A DNA stretch of 64,000 nucleotides, taken from positions 371,009-435,008 of the forward strand of contig CAVZPD010000009.1 in the NCBI GenBank assembly GCA_963777045.1, written 5' to 3'. The stretch is from an uncultured Chloroflexia bacterium. GTDB taxonomy: Bacteria > Chloroflexota > Limnocylindria > QHBO01. Shown here piece by piece: positions 1 to 9,388 of this stretch (within the stretch, counting starts at the first letter, position 1; each line of letters begins with the position of its first letter). Position numbers and translations under genes: made by a program. A model generated the notes under the pieces. That model searched no databases. It saw only the letters and a list, made by a program, of their open reading frames with translations, and was not told the origin of the DNA.

Positions 1-218
1 AGGAGGGCACCACCACCACCCCGTTCGACATGGTGATGCTGAACGACCTGGACCGATTCCACCTGGTGATCGACGTGATCGACCGCGTGCCCGGTCTTGC
101 CGATCGCGCCGGTCACGTGCGCCAGGCGATGGTCGACCGCCGGATCGCGGCTCGCGCCTACACGCGCGACCACGGCGAGGACGACCCGGCGATCCGCGAC
201 TGGACCTGGCCGGGCTAG
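1..218 (+). CDS. xfp: phosphoketolase (Xfp), C-terminal fragment; the gene starts upstream of the window
   Basis: Frame 3 is open from base 3. The translation ...GTTTTPFDMVMLNDLDRFHLVIDVIDRVP...EDDPAIRDWTWPG matches the conserved phosphoketolase C-terminus. It lies directly upstream of ackA, the usual xfp-ackA pairing. Confidence 0.6.
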   Translation, partial: EGTTTTPFDMVMLNDLDRFHLVIDVIDRVPGLADRAGHVRQAMVDRRIAARAYTRDHGEDDPAIRDWTWPG

Positions 219-222
219 GCCG

Positions 223-1314
223 ATGCGCGTCCTCGTCCTCAACGCCGGCTCCAGCTCGCTGAAGACGAGCCTGGTGGGAGAGCCGGGCGACGTGACCGTC
301 TCGCGCGACGAGCTGCAGCGTCCCGCGCAGAGCGGCTGGAGCGGCGCCCTCGCCGAGGCGCTGGGTGGTGGCGATCGGATCGACGCCATCGGCCACCGGG
401 TCGTGCATGGTGGCGTCGGACACGCCGGTCCCATGCTCATCTCCGACACGGTCGTCGACGAGCTGGATGAGCTGCGGGACCTCGCTCCGCTGCACAACGG
501 TCCGGCCCTGGAGGTGATCGCGGCGGCCCGCGAGGCGTTTCCGGACCTGCCACAGGTCGCGTGCTTCGACACCGCCTTCCACGCCACCCTGCCGCCGCCG
601 GAGGTCGTCTACCCGCTGCCGTACGAGTGGTACGAGCGGTGGGGGGTTCGACGCTTCGGGTTCCATGGCCTCTCCGTCGCCTGGTCGGTGGAGCGCGCCG
701 CGAAGCTGCTGGAACGCCCCATCGGCGAGCTGCGCCTGGTCGTGGCGCACCTCGGCAGCGGCTGCTCGGTCACCGCGGTGGACGGCGGCCGCTCGGTGGC
801 GACCTCCATGGGCATGACCCCGCTCGAGGGGCTGATGATGGCGACCCGCTCCGGTTCGGTGGACCCCGGCCTCCTGCTGGAGCTGCTGGACGACAGTCGC
901 CTGACGCTGGACGAGCTGCGCCGGGCGCTGCAACAGGAGTCGGGGCTCGTGGGCCTCTCCGGGATCAGCGCCGACCTGCGCGAGGTGCAGCGGGCGGCCG
1001 CCGCGGGCGAGGAGCGGGCGGCGCTTGCGATCGAGGTGTTCGTGCGGCGCGCCGCGGCCGGGATCGCCGCCGTCGCCGTCGCCCTGCCGGCCGTCGACGC
1101 CCTCGTCTTCACGGCGGGCATCGGCGAGCACGCCGGTGACGTGCGCGCTGCGATCTGCAGCAGGCTGGCCGTGCTGGGACTGCCCGCCGTCCTCAACCAC
1201 GGATCGGACGAGGACGAGATCCTCAGCCTCCCCGGCTCGCGGGTGCGGGTGCTGCGCGTCGAGGCGCGGGAGGACCTGGTCATCGGTCGAGAGGTGGCGC
1301 GCCTGCTCGACTGA
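223..1314 (+). CDS. ackA: acetate kinase
   Basis: ATG at 223 gives MRVLVLNAGSSSLKTSL..., the acetate kinase N-terminal motif. The ORF is full length; the 5' part of the 97..1314 track ORF is upstream junk. Confidence 0.85.
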   Translation: MRVLVLNAGSSSLKTSLVGEPGDVTVSRDELQRPAQSGWSGALAEALGGGDRIDAIGHRVVHGGVGHAGPMLISDTVVDELDELRDLAPLHNGPALEVIAAAREAFPDLPQVACFDTAFHATLPPPEVVYPLPYEWYERWGVRRFGFHGLSVAWSVERAAKLLERPIGELRLVVAHLGSGCSVTAVDGGRSVATSMGMTPLEGLMMATRSGSVDPGLLLELLDDSRLTLDELRRALQQESGLVGLSGISADLREVQRAAAAGEERAALAIEVFVRRAAAGIAAVAVALPAVDALVFTAGIGEHAGDVRAAICSRLAVLGLPAVLNHGSDEDEILSLPGSRVRVLRVEAREDLVIGREVARLLD

Positions 1315-1415
1315 GCAGGCCTACGGCCACGCGCGATCCTCCGGCACCCCAAGACCTGACGCTTGGCACTGGCGTCATCGCGGCAGCTGCTGTCCTCTAG
1401 CGTGAGGAACTAGCG

Positions 1416-1928
1416 ATGCATGGGGACCGTGTCGTGAAGGCATACGTGGTGTACGAATCGTTGTGGGGCAACACGCGGGCGATCGCGGAGGCCGTGGCCG
1501 AGGGTATCGGTCCGGGAGCGAAAGCCGTCGCGACCGATGGCGTCACGGCCGACGAGCTCGCGGCGGCGGATCTGCTCGTTGCCGGCGCTCCGGTCATCGC
1601 CTTCAGCCTGGCGAGCGACAAGGCGCGTAAGGACATCGCGCGCAGCGAAACGGCGGCGCCGAATCCGCCCGACGTGGAGCACCCGTCGATGCGGGCGTGG
1701 CTTGAGAAGTTGCCGCATGCCGGTGCCCAGGCGGCAGCCTTCGAGACGCGCATCTGGTGGACGCCTCGAGGCGCCACCGGCGACATCGAGAAGCGGCTGC
1801 GGGGCGCCGGATACCGAGTCGTTGCGAAGGCCGGCAAGTTCATGGTGGAGGGTAAGTACGGTCCGCTGCGCGACGGCGAGGTCGAGCGCGCGCGGGCCTG
1901 GGGAAGGACGCTGGTGGCGTCGGAGTAG
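1416..1928 (+). CDS. flavodoxin-like fold protein
   Basis: 170 aa ORF with the N-terminal strand KAYVVYESLWGNTRAIAEAVAEG typical of the flavodoxin / NAD(P)H-dependent FMN reductase fold. Confidence 0.55.
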   Translation: MHGDRVVKAYVVYESLWGNTRAIAEAVAEGIGPGAKAVATDGVTADELAAADLLVAGAPVIAFSLASDKARKDIARSETAAPNPPDVEHPSMRAWLEKLPHAGAQAAAFETRIWWTPRGATGDIEKRLRGAGYRVVAKAGKFMVEGKYGPLRDGEVERARAWGRTLVASE

Positions 1929-1967
1929 CCCACGACGACGGCACCGTGCCAGTCGCGCGAGCTCGGC

Positions 1968-2453
1968 TCAGCCGACCTCAGCCCGGGGCGCATAGCGGAC
2001 GCGCGCGAAGGGCCACGCAGTGGCCAGCCAGTCCCTGACCACCCGGTACAGGTCGGCATCTCGGTCGGCGTGGGCCGCGCTGACCCAGGACCGGACTTCG
2101 ACATCGGCTCCATCCGTGCCTGGCTCGTCCGGGGGATAGATGTACACGCAGCCGATGACCTTGCCCGCGTCGTCCAGGACGGTGTAGGTGAAGCCGGTGC
2201 GTGCCGCGAAGTCCGCGGCGTGCCGCTCCAGGTCGCCGCGGTTCTGCTCCAGGCTCATCGGCTGCGGCCAGTCGCGTCCCGCGAAGCCGGGCGTGGCGCG
2301 GATGTGGCCGATGCTCGAGGTCCAGGCCAGGTGATCGGCCTCGTTGTGCTCCGGCCCAAGCGGCACCAGGTGGAATCCATCGGCGTAGAGCTCGCGCGGC
2401 ACCTCGAATTGGTCGGGCACGAAGGGTGGGCGTCGTCGGCTGGCATCGGCCAT
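1968..2453 (-). CDS. hypothetical protein, possibly a GNAT-type acetyltransferase
   Basis: ORF 1968..2597; the likely start is the internal Met (MADASRRRPPFVPDQFEVP...). The FHLVPLGPEH...D.LAWTSS pattern resembles a GNAT N-terminus. This is a weak call. Confidence 0.35.
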   Translation of the reverse strand: MADASRRRPPFVPDQFEVPRELYADGFHLVPLGPEHNEADHLAWTSSIGHIRATPGFAGRDWPQPMSLEQNRGDLERHAADFAARTGFTYTVLDDAGKVIGCVYIYPPDEPGTDGADVEVRSWVSAAHADRDADLYRVVRDWLATAWPFARVRYAPRAEVG

Positions 2454-2716
2454 GCTACCGCGTCGCGCGGGCGAATCCGTCCGCGTTCCCCGGACGGCCC
2501 GCCCGCGACACAAGGCACGTCCCTGGATACGCGCACGCCGGCGGGGACTTCCGCTGCACGGGAGGCCACGCCGCGCGTGTCCGCGGGACCTTCCCACGGG
2601 GAAGGAGAAGCGGGCCGCCGCGGGGCGACGCGACGAGCGGCGGGCCAGATGTCACACCCGGCCGGCCGATCGGCCCGTCCGGCCGCGCCACTCGGCACTG
2701 ATGCGCATCCCCGCAT

Positions 2717-3088
2717 ATGTCCTATGCTCATGCCATGGAACCGATCTACGAGCTCCAGGCCGAGGTCCTCAAGACGCTCGCGCACCCGCGGCGCCTCGAG
2801 ATCGTCCATGAGCTTGCGCGCGGTCCCCGCACCGTCGGTCGCCTGGCCGATTCGCTGGGGCTGGCGCAGCCGAACGTTTCCCAGCACCTGGCGCTGATGC
2901 GTGCCAGCGGCGTGGTGGAGGCCGAACGAGACGGTCGCGAGATCCGCTACCGGCTCACCGACCCCGACATCATCGCCGCCTGCGGGCTGATGCGCCAGGC
3001 GCTGCAGCGGCGCCTGGCCCGGCTCGCCGCCCTTTCCCGGCGGGCTCCCGGCGCCCCCACCCCGGTCGCCAGCGGCGGCCGCCAATAG
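2717..3088 (+). CDS. ArsR/SmtB-family transcriptional regulator
   Basis: HTH motif LAHPRRLEIVHELARGPRTVGRLADSLGLAQPNVSQHLALMRASGVV. It has a single Cys, near the C-terminus. It leads the DsrE/TusA/SQR cluster. Confidence 0.75.
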   Translation: MSYAHAMEPIYELQAEVLKTLAHPRRLEIVHELARGPRTVGRLADSLGLAQPNVSQHLALMRASGVVEAERDGREIRYRLTDPDIIAACGLMRQALQRRLARLAALSRRAPGAPTPVASGGRQ

Positions 3089-3099
3089 GGAATCGAACC

Positions 3100-3512
3100 A
3101 TGGACCAGACCGTCTCACTCGTCCTCTTCTCCGGGACGGACGACAAGCTGCAGTCGGCGGCGGTGATGGCCGCCGGTGCGGCCGCCGTCGGAAAGCCGGT
3201 GCACATCTTCCTCCAGTACTGGGCGCTCGACGCCTTCCGCCGGATCGCATCAACAACGACCACGGGCTGTCAGCCGAGGCAGGCCCGGTCGGGCACGCTG
3301 CGGTCGAGGCGCTGCGCGCCGCCGGCCAGGAGCCGTGGTACGAGACGCTGCGACAGGCGAAGGAGCTCGGCGAGGTCGAGATCCAGGCCTGCTCGCTGTC
3401 AATGGACCTTCTCGAAATCAAGCAGGACGACCTTGATCCGCTGGTCGACGGCGTGGAGGGCGTTGCCGCCTTCTTGATGGCTGCCGGCGACGGGCAGGTC
3501 GTCTTCATCTGA
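3100..3512 (+). CDS. DsrE/DsrF-like sulfur relay protein; frameshift near 3245
   Basis: N-terminus MDQTVSLVLFSGTDDKLQSAAVMAAGAAAVGKPVHIFLQYWALDAF is in frame 1. The DsrE-like C-terminus ...WYETLRQAKELGEVEIQACSLSMDLLEIK...VVFI* continues in frame 3 to TGA 3510-3512. Confidence 0.6.
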
Positions 3513-3764
3513 CGACATGTACGCGGAGGCACGAACCGACATGACCATGTCCGCATTGCCCAGCGCGTCGACGCGCGAGGACTCTCCTGCCCGCTCCCGA
3601 TCGTTCGCACCGCCATCGCCATCAAGGCGCTCAAGGCGGGCGAGCTGATCGAGGTGCTGGCGACCGATCCCGGATCGACCAAGGACTTCACCGCATGGGC
3701 CAAGACCACCGGCCACGAGCTGGTCGAGCATCGGTCGACGACGGCGTCTTCCGGTTCGTCCTGA
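3513..3764 (+). CDS. TusA-like sulfurtransferase; start codon unresolved
   Basis: Frame 3 reads ...VDARGLSCPLPIVRTAIAIKALKAGELIEVLATDPGSTKDFTAWAKTTGHELVEH*, with the CPxP TusA motif. There is no in-frame ATG or GTG; a Met in frame 1 at 3517 or 3541 suggests an indel near the start. Confidence 0.5.
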   Translation, partial: RHVRGGTNRHDHVRIAQRVDARGLSCPLPIVRTAIAIKALKAGELIEVLATDPGSTKDFTAWAKTTGHELVEHRSTTASSGSS

Positions 3765-3872
3765 GCGCAAGTGAGGCACCCATACGACGACCATCACCAA
3801 GCCAGAAACCTACCTCCCACCCGAGCTGATGGACGGGCTGGACGACCCGACGCCTGTCGAGGAGCTTGAACC

Positions 3873-4367
3873 ATGGAAGAGGGCGCCAACAAGACCGGCG
3901 AGCTGCTGATCATCTGCGAGAGCGGTGACCTTGAGCGCACCTGGGCGACCACCATCCTCGCTTCCTCGGCCGCGGCGAGCGGCCAGAAGGTGAGCATCTT
4001 CTTCACCTTCTGGGGCTTCTTCCCGCTGGTCAAGCCGGGGATCCGGATCACCGGTGAAAACTGGATGCAGAAGATGCTGTCGTTCATGAATCGGCCTGGT
4101 ATCGACCACGCCAAGACCAGCAAGTTCAACTTTATGGGCATGGGGCCGTGGATGATGAAGAAGCTCGCCAAGCGCTACGGCGTGGCCGAGCCGCGCGAGC
4201 TGTTGGAGATGGCCCAGGCCCTTGGCGTCGCCCTGATCCCGTGCCAGATGAGCATGGACATGATGGGCTTCAAGCGCGAGGACCTGATCGACGGGCTCGA
4301 GGAGCCGGCCGGTGCGGCCACCGTGCTCCAGATGATTGCCGACGGCGCGACGCCGCTGTTCATCTGA
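3873..4367 (+). CDS. DsrE/DsrF-like (DsrE2-type) protein
   Basis: Intact 164 aa ORF of the DsrE/DsrF-like family, embedded in the sulfur-trafficking cluster. Confidence 0.65.
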   Translation: MEEGANKTGELLIICESGDLERTWATTILASSAAASGQKVSIFFTFWGFFPLVKPGIRITGENWMQKMLSFMNRPGIDHAKTSKFNFMGMGPWMMKKLAKRYGVAEPRELLEMAQALGVALIPCQMSMDMMGFKREDLIDGLEEPAGAATVLQMIADGATPLFI

Positions 4368-4392
4368 CGTGACTGAGAAGGAAGGAAGCGCC

Positions 4393-4638
4393 ATGAAGGT
4401 GCTCGAGGTACCGATCGACCGCACCATCGACGCTCGCGGCAGCTTTTGCCCCGGGCCGCTGATGGAGCTGATCCGCGCGATCCGCGAGGGTCAGGTCGGC
4501 GACATGATCGCCGTCTGGTCCAACGACTCGGGATCGCGCCTGGACATCCCGAAGTGGATCGAGAAGGCCGGGCATCGCCTGGTCGGCATCGAGACTCGCG
4601 ACGGCTATGACGAGATCATCGTCGAGAAGCTTCGCTAG
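4393..4638 (+). CDS. tusA: TusA-family sulfur carrier protein
   Basis: RBS GAAGGAAG precedes ATG 4393. MKVLEVPIDRTIDARGSFCPGPLMELIRAIREG is the TusA CPxP motif. Confidence 0.75.
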   Translation: MKVLEVPIDRTIDARGSFCPGPLMELIRAIREGQVGDMIAVWSNDSGSRLDIPKWIEKAGHRLVGIETRDGYDEIIVEKLR

Positions 4639-4663
4639 GGAATCAAGAAGGAGCGCAGCATCG

Positions 4664-5818
4664 ATGCAACGCATCGTGGTTCTCGGCGGGGGTGTCGGCG
4701 GCACCCTCGTCGCGAACCTCCTCGTCAGGAAACTGAAGTCCGAGATCGACCGCGGCGACGCGTCGGTGACTGTGGTGGACGAAAAGGGCGAGCACATCTA
4801 TCAGCCCGGCTACATGTACATCGCCATGGGGAACGAGAAGCCCGAGCGCCTGAAGAGGCCCGAGCGCTCGTTGCTCGACCGGCGGGTGCAGCTGGAGATC
4901 GGCCGGGCACAGAAGATCGACGTGGAGAAGCGCCAGGTCACCATCGAGGGGGACAGGACGCTCGACTACGACCAGCTCATCCTGGCTACCGGGTCACGGA
5001 TCGTGCCCGAGGAGATCGAGCACTTCGACACCGAGGCGCACCACTTCTACGGGCCTGCTGAGGCGCAGCGGTTACGTGACGCGCTCAACGCGTTCACCGG
5101 TGGCCGCATCGTGATCGGTATCGCGGGCATGCCCTACAAGTGCCCGCCCGCCCCGCTGGAGGTGGCCTTCCTGATCGAGGACGAGCTGCGGCAACGCAAG
5201 CTGCGCGATAAGACGGAGATGCACTACTGCAGCCCCATCGGCCGCGCCTTCACCATCGAGAGCGTGTCCGAGATGGTCACGCCAATCCTGGAGGAGAAGG
5301 GCATCGAGCTGCACACGTTCTTCAATGTCGAAACCATCGATCCGGAGAAGAAGACGATTGGCAGCCTGGAGGGCGAGGAGCTGCCGTACGACCTGCTGGT
5401 CCTGGTGCCGCCGCACAAGGGCGCGCAGATCGTGGTGGATGCCGGGTTGGCGCCGCCATCGGGCTGGCTTCCGACCGACCACCACACCCTGGAGGTCAAG
5501 GGCCATCCCGAGATCCATGCCCTGGGTGACGGCACCGACCTGCCGTTGTCGAAGGCCGGCTCGACGGCCCATTTCGAGGCGCCGGTGGTGGCGGAGCGCG
5601 TGTCGGCCGTGGTCAAGGGCGAGAAGCCGAGCGGGAAGCATGTCTCCTACGAGGGCAAGGTGATGTGCTTCTTCGAGGTCGGTGACGGCAAGGGCACGCT
5701 GCTGCAGTTCGACTACGAGCACCCGCCCAAGCCGCCGAAGCCGAATCGGTTCTGGCACCTGGGCAAAATCGTCTTCAACAAGACGTACTGGCACACCGTT
5801 CCAAGGGGACGCATCTAG
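4664..5818 (+). CDS. sqr: sulfide:quinone oxidoreductase-like FAD-dependent oxidoreductase
   Basis: ATG 4664 gives MQRIVVLGGGVGGTLVANLL, a Rossmann GxGxxG motif. The ~384 aa NAD/FAD disulfide oxidoreductase is of SQR type and adjacent to TusA/DsrE. Confidence 0.7.
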   Translation: MQRIVVLGGGVGGTLVANLLVRKLKSEIDRGDASVTVVDEKGEHIYQPGYMYIAMGNEKPERLKRPERSLLDRRVQLEIGRAQKIDVEKRQVTIEGDRTLDYDQLILATGSRIVPEEIEHFDTEAHHFYGPAEAQRLRDALNAFTGGRIVIGIAGMPYKCPPAPLEVAFLIEDELRQRKLRDKTEMHYCSPIGRAFTIESVSEMVTPILEEKGIELHTFFNVETIDPEKKTIGSLEGEELPYDLLVLVPPHKGAQIVVDAGLAPPSGWLPTDHHTLEVKGHPEIHALGDGTDLPLSKAGSTAHFEAPVVAERVSAVVKGEKPSGKHVSYEGKVMCFFEVGDGKGTLLQFDYEHPPKPPKPNRFWHLGKIVFNKTYWHTVPRGRI

Positions 5819-5942
5819 GACTCCCTGCTCGGCTTCCCCCTTGCGTGGGGGGCGGTACCCGGTGCGGTGCCGCCGCTTTCTGCGTTCCCGTCTCGTAGAT
5901 CGCGCTGCTGGCGCAGGAGGCCCGCTACGCTGCTGCCGCGAT

Positions 5943-6608
5943 CTATCGGGCTGCGGGAGCGTGAGCGCGCCGTCGGCGCACGTCGCGTGCCGGACCCCGA
6001 TAGATGCTCGAGACCGCGCAGAACCGGTGCAGGGGCGCCGACCGCGATAGATCGCGGTCAGGCGGTGGCGCCGCCAGCACCGCTTCGACCTCGGCCAGCT
6101 GATCCCGCGCGGCCAGCACCACCAGCAGGTGGTAGAGCAGGTCGGCCGCCTCACCGCGCAGCTCGTTATCGGTCCCGGCCAGGGCCGCCCCGGCCACCTC
6201 GCCGGCCTCCTCGTCACCTTCTCGGCTGGACGGCGAGGCCCGCCGGCGAGCAGCCGAGCGGTGTAGGAGTCCGCGGGATCGGCGACGGCGCTCCGCGATC
6301 GTCCGCTCCAGGTCATGCAGGCCGAAGCCCGCCGCGGGGGCGACATCATCGGTGAAGCAGGAACGCGATCCGGTGTGGCATGCGGGACCCGCAGGACGGA
6401 CCCGGTACAGGATGGCGTCGGCATCGCAATCGGCCGCCAGCTCGACCACGTGCATCACGTTCCCGCTCGTGGCGCCCTTGCGCCACAGCTCGTCCCGGGA
6501 TCGGGACCAGAAATGCGCCTCGCCGGTGCGCTCGGTGGCGGCGACGGCCTCGGCATTGGCCCAGGCCAGCATCAGCACCTCGCCGGAGTCGGCGTCCTGG
6601 ACGACCAC
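5943..6608 (-). CDS. hisIE: bifunctional HisI-HisE (phosphoribosyl-AMP cyclohydrolase / phosphoribosyl-ATP pyrophosphatase); frameshifted, N-terminus unresolved
   Basis: HisI core [20 protein letters not shown]...HTGSRSCF is followed by HisE motifs ([12 protein letters not shown]; [14 protein letters not shown] in another frame; [12 protein letters not shown]). An in-frame TGA (6645-6647) lies just upstream of the GTG called as start. Confidence 0.6.
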   Translation of the reverse strand: MVVQDADSGEVLMLAWANAEAVAATERTGEAHFWSRSRDELWRKGATSGNVMHVVELAADCDADAILYRVRPAGPACHTGSRSCFTDDVAPAAGFGLHDLERTIAERRRRSRGLLHRSAARRRASPSSREGDEEAGEVAGAALAGTDNELRGEAADLLYHLLVVLAARDQLAEVEAVLAAPPPDRDLSRSAPLHRFCAVSSIYRGPARDVRRRRAHAPAAR

Positions 6609-6689
6609 CGGCAGCAGGTCGGTCGCGAACGCCGGGCGGCGGGCTCACCCAAGCCACGCGGCCACCTCTCTCGGGCGTGGGCGCCGCAA

Positions 6690-7455
6690 CCAGCGGCCGA
6701 ACCGGCAGGCCGCGCTCGGCCAGGGCGGCCTTGAGCTCCGGGATGGTCACTAGTCGCCGATGCAGCAGCGAGGCCAGCAGGGCGGCGGAGGCGCCGCCGG
6801 CATCGAGTGCCGCCAGGATGTCATCCGCGCTCCCGGCACCGCCGCTCGCGATCACGGGCACCGGCACCGCGTCGCTGACCGCGCGCGTCAGCTCCAGGTC
6901 ATAGCCCGAGCGCGTCCCGTCGCGGTCGATGCTGGTCAGGAGCACTTCGCCCGCGCCGCGTTCGACCGCCTCGCGCGCCCAGGCCACCGCCTCGCGGCCG
7001 CTGTCGGCCGTGCCCGAGACGCCGCGCACCGACCAGCCGCTGCCGTCGGCCGCGCGGGCGGCGTCGATCGAGATGACCAGCGACTGCGAGCCGAGCCGGG
7101 CGGCTATCCGGTCGAGCAGGCCGGGGTCTCGCAGCGCGGCCGAGTTGACGGAGACCTTGTCGGCTCCCGCGTCCAGGAAGGCGGCGGCATCGGCCAGGGA
7201 GGCGACGCCGCCGCCCACCCCCAGCGGAACGTCCAGGGCCGTGGCCGCCCGCGAGATGAGGTCGAGCAGGGCCGGGCGTCTGTCCTGCGTGGCGCCGACG
7301 TCCAGGATCACGATCTCGTCCGCCCCCTCCTCGGCGTACCGCGTCGCGAGCTCCACCGCGTCGCCCGCGTCCTGGAGGTCGGCGAAGCGCGTGCCCTTCA
7401 CCACGCGTCCGTCGGTCACGTCCAGGCAGGCGATCAGCCGCTTACGCAGGCTCAC
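6690..7455 (-). CDS. hisF: imidazole glycerol phosphate synthase cyclase subunit
   Basis: MSLRKRLIACLDVTDGRVVKG...VTIPELKAALAERGLPVR (253 aa) is canonical HisF. The track ORF runs on to 6346 with no stop, so the true end (~6690) is approximate. Confidence 0.8.
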
Positions 7456-8184
7456 CGGCCACCCGGGCTGGACACTGCCGCGACCGCTTCGGCCGGGCCG
7501 ATGGATCCATTGAGGAGTGCCAGCCCGACGACCGCGCCGTCCAGGCCGATGCGCTGCAGCGCCAGCAGGTCATCCACCGAGCCGATGCCTCCCGCTCCGC
7601 CCAGCCAGGCCCGGGAGGCCTCGCGGAACGCGGCGAGCAGTCCCAGGTTCGGCCCCGCGAGGGTCCCGTCCCGATGCGTATCGGTGACGAGGAGGCCCGC
7701 GGCACCGTCCGCCACCAGGCGCGAGCCGATCTCCGGCGGGTCGCCACGGCCTCCCGCAGCCAGCCGTCGACGGCGAGCCGCCCGTCGCGCAGGTCCAGCG
7801 AGACGAGGATGCGGCCCGGCCAACGCGCGGCGCACGCGCGACGAAGCCGCGCCTCCAGCGCAGCGGTACCCAGGATCGCGAAGTCGACCCTGCATCCGCG
7901 AAGAGTGCGGCCACGGCCTCCACCGTGCGCAGGCCGCCGCCCGACTGGATGTGGATCGCAGGGGCCGCGCGCTCGCGCGACCTCGGCGATCCGCTGCCAG
8001 CTGCCGCGGTTCGCCCGCCCGCGCCCCTTCGAGGTCCACCAGGTGCAGCCGCCGTACCCGCCGCCGCCCACTGCCGGGCGAGGCCAGCCGGATCCGGTAC
8101 GCCCTCGATCACCCGCTGGTAGTCGCCCTGCTGCAGCCGGACGCTGCGCCCGCCGATCAGGTCGATCGCGGCGATCAGCTCCAC
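7452..8184 (-). CDS. hisA: 1-(5-phosphoribosyl)-5-[(5-phosphoribosylamino)methylideneamino]imidazole-4-carboxamide isomerase; multiple frameshifts
   Basis: N-terminus MELIAAIDLIGGRSVRLQQGDYQRV, a middle part (IQSGGGLRTVEAVAALF; RILVSLDLRDGRLAVDGW) and C-terminus (LLVTDTHRDGTLAGPNLGLL...) are spread over three frames. The stop overlaps the hisF start. Confidence 0.7.
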
Positions 8185-8800
8185 GCCACAGCCTCCGCCG
8201 GGGAGCGGTCGAGCATGCCGCCGGCCCAGGCGGCCAGCAGCGAACGCCCGACGCCGCCGCTCTTCTCGGGATGGAACTGGGTGCCGAGCACCGATCCGGA
8301 CCGGACCACCGACGGGAAGCGGAAACCGTCGACCTCCGTCCAGCCGGCGACGCCGCCCGGATCGGCGGGGTCCAGCCAGTAGCCGTGCACGAAGTAGGCG
8401 TCGAAGGTCCCTGCCGCCAGCTCAACACGATTCCAGCCGATGTGCGGCACGCGCATCGGTCCACCGACAGCCGCGGGTGGGAAACGGCGGCAGATGCCGG
8501 GGAGGAGCCCCAGGCCGGGCGCGTCGTCCTCCTCGGATGCATCGAGCAGCAGCTGTGCGCCCAGGCAGATGCCCAGGAAGGGGCGCCCCCGGCGACCCAC
8601 TCCCGCATCGGTTCAACCATGCCCTGGCGTGTGAGCGTCTCCATCGCCGACCCGGCCGCGCCCACGCCGGGCAGGACCAGCCGCTCCGCGTCCGCCAGCT
8701 CGGCCGGCCTGCGGGCCAGGCGAGCATCGGCCCCGACCGCGGTGAAGGCGCGCAGGACGGAACGCGTATTGCCGGCCCCGAAGTCGACGACCGCGATCAC
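8175..8800 (-). CDS. hisH: imidazole glycerol phosphate synthase glutamine amidotransferase subunit; one frameshift near 8590
   Basis: A GTG at 8800 overlaps the hisB stop (GTGA). VIAVVDFGAGNTRSVLRAF... then switches frame to ...RPFLGICLGAQLLL...GTQFHPEKSG. Confidence 0.7.
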
Positions 8801-9388
8801 CGCAGCGTTCCCTTGCTGCTGGGGCTCTCGCCGGCCAGGCGGGGATCCGGCTCCGCGGCCTGCCGCAGGGCACGTGCCAACGCCTTCATGGCTCCCTCCA
8901 CCAGGTGGTGCGAGCTGCGCGCCTTGCGCACCTCCAGGTGCACCGCGAACCGACCTTCGCGTGCCAGCGTCTCCACGAAGTGGGGCCAGAGCTCCAGCCA
9001 CACGTTGATGCCGGTCAGCGGATCCGGGCGCGGCTCGACGTCCGCGTAGCCGCGACCACCCAGGTCCAGCGCGCAGAGCGCCAGCGCCTCGTCCATCGGC
9101 AGGCGCACGTCGCCGTAGCGGCGAATACCGGTGCGCTCACCCAGCGCCTCGTCGAGCGCACGGCCCAGCACCAGCGCCACGTCCTCCACGGTGTGGTGCT
9201 CGTCCACGTGCAGGTCACCGGTCGCCCTGACCTCGAGGTCCAGCAGGCCATGGCGCGCCAGGAGGGTCAGCAGGTGGTCCAGGAAGCCGATGCCCGTCTC
9301 GACATCGGCGCTCCCGGCCGTCGAGGTCCAGCCTGACCCGGACCGATGTCTCAGCCGTCGTGCGCTCCGCCGTCCCGACGCGGCTCAT
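8797..9388 (-). CDS. hisB: imidazoleglycerol-phosphate dehydratase; one frameshift near 9290
   Basis: MSRVGTAERTTAETSVRVRLDLDGRE... changes frame to ...ADVETGIGFLDHLLTLLARHG...HHTVEDVALVLG...HHLVEGAMKALARAL*. The ATG overlaps the hisC stop. Confidence 0.75.

Noticed and set aside
2255-3709. 484 aa minus-strand ORF spanning the ArsR / DsrE region
   Set aside because: Ser/Arg/Pro-rich low-complexity translation typical of the wrong frame in 70% GC DNA. It overlaps well-supported + strand genes with recognisable motifs.
5836-5852. ccccc-ttgcgt-gggggg hairpin between sqr and hisIE as a bidirectional terminator
   Set aside because: The stem is only 5-6 bp and no U-tract follows on either strand; too weak to annotate.
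5072-6424. 450 aa minus-strand ORF across the SQR 3' end and hisIE
   Set aside because: Mostly spurious. It carries only a short genuine HisE fragment ([14 protein letters not shown]) because of a frameshift; the rest is an antisense low-complexity reading of sqr.
6760-9008. Large + strand ORFs (6760..8382, 7674..9008, 8477..9049) opposite hisF/hisA/hisH/hisB
   Set aside because: Arg/Ala/Pro-rich antisense translations of canonical his genes with no domain signatures; a GC-driven open-frame artefact.
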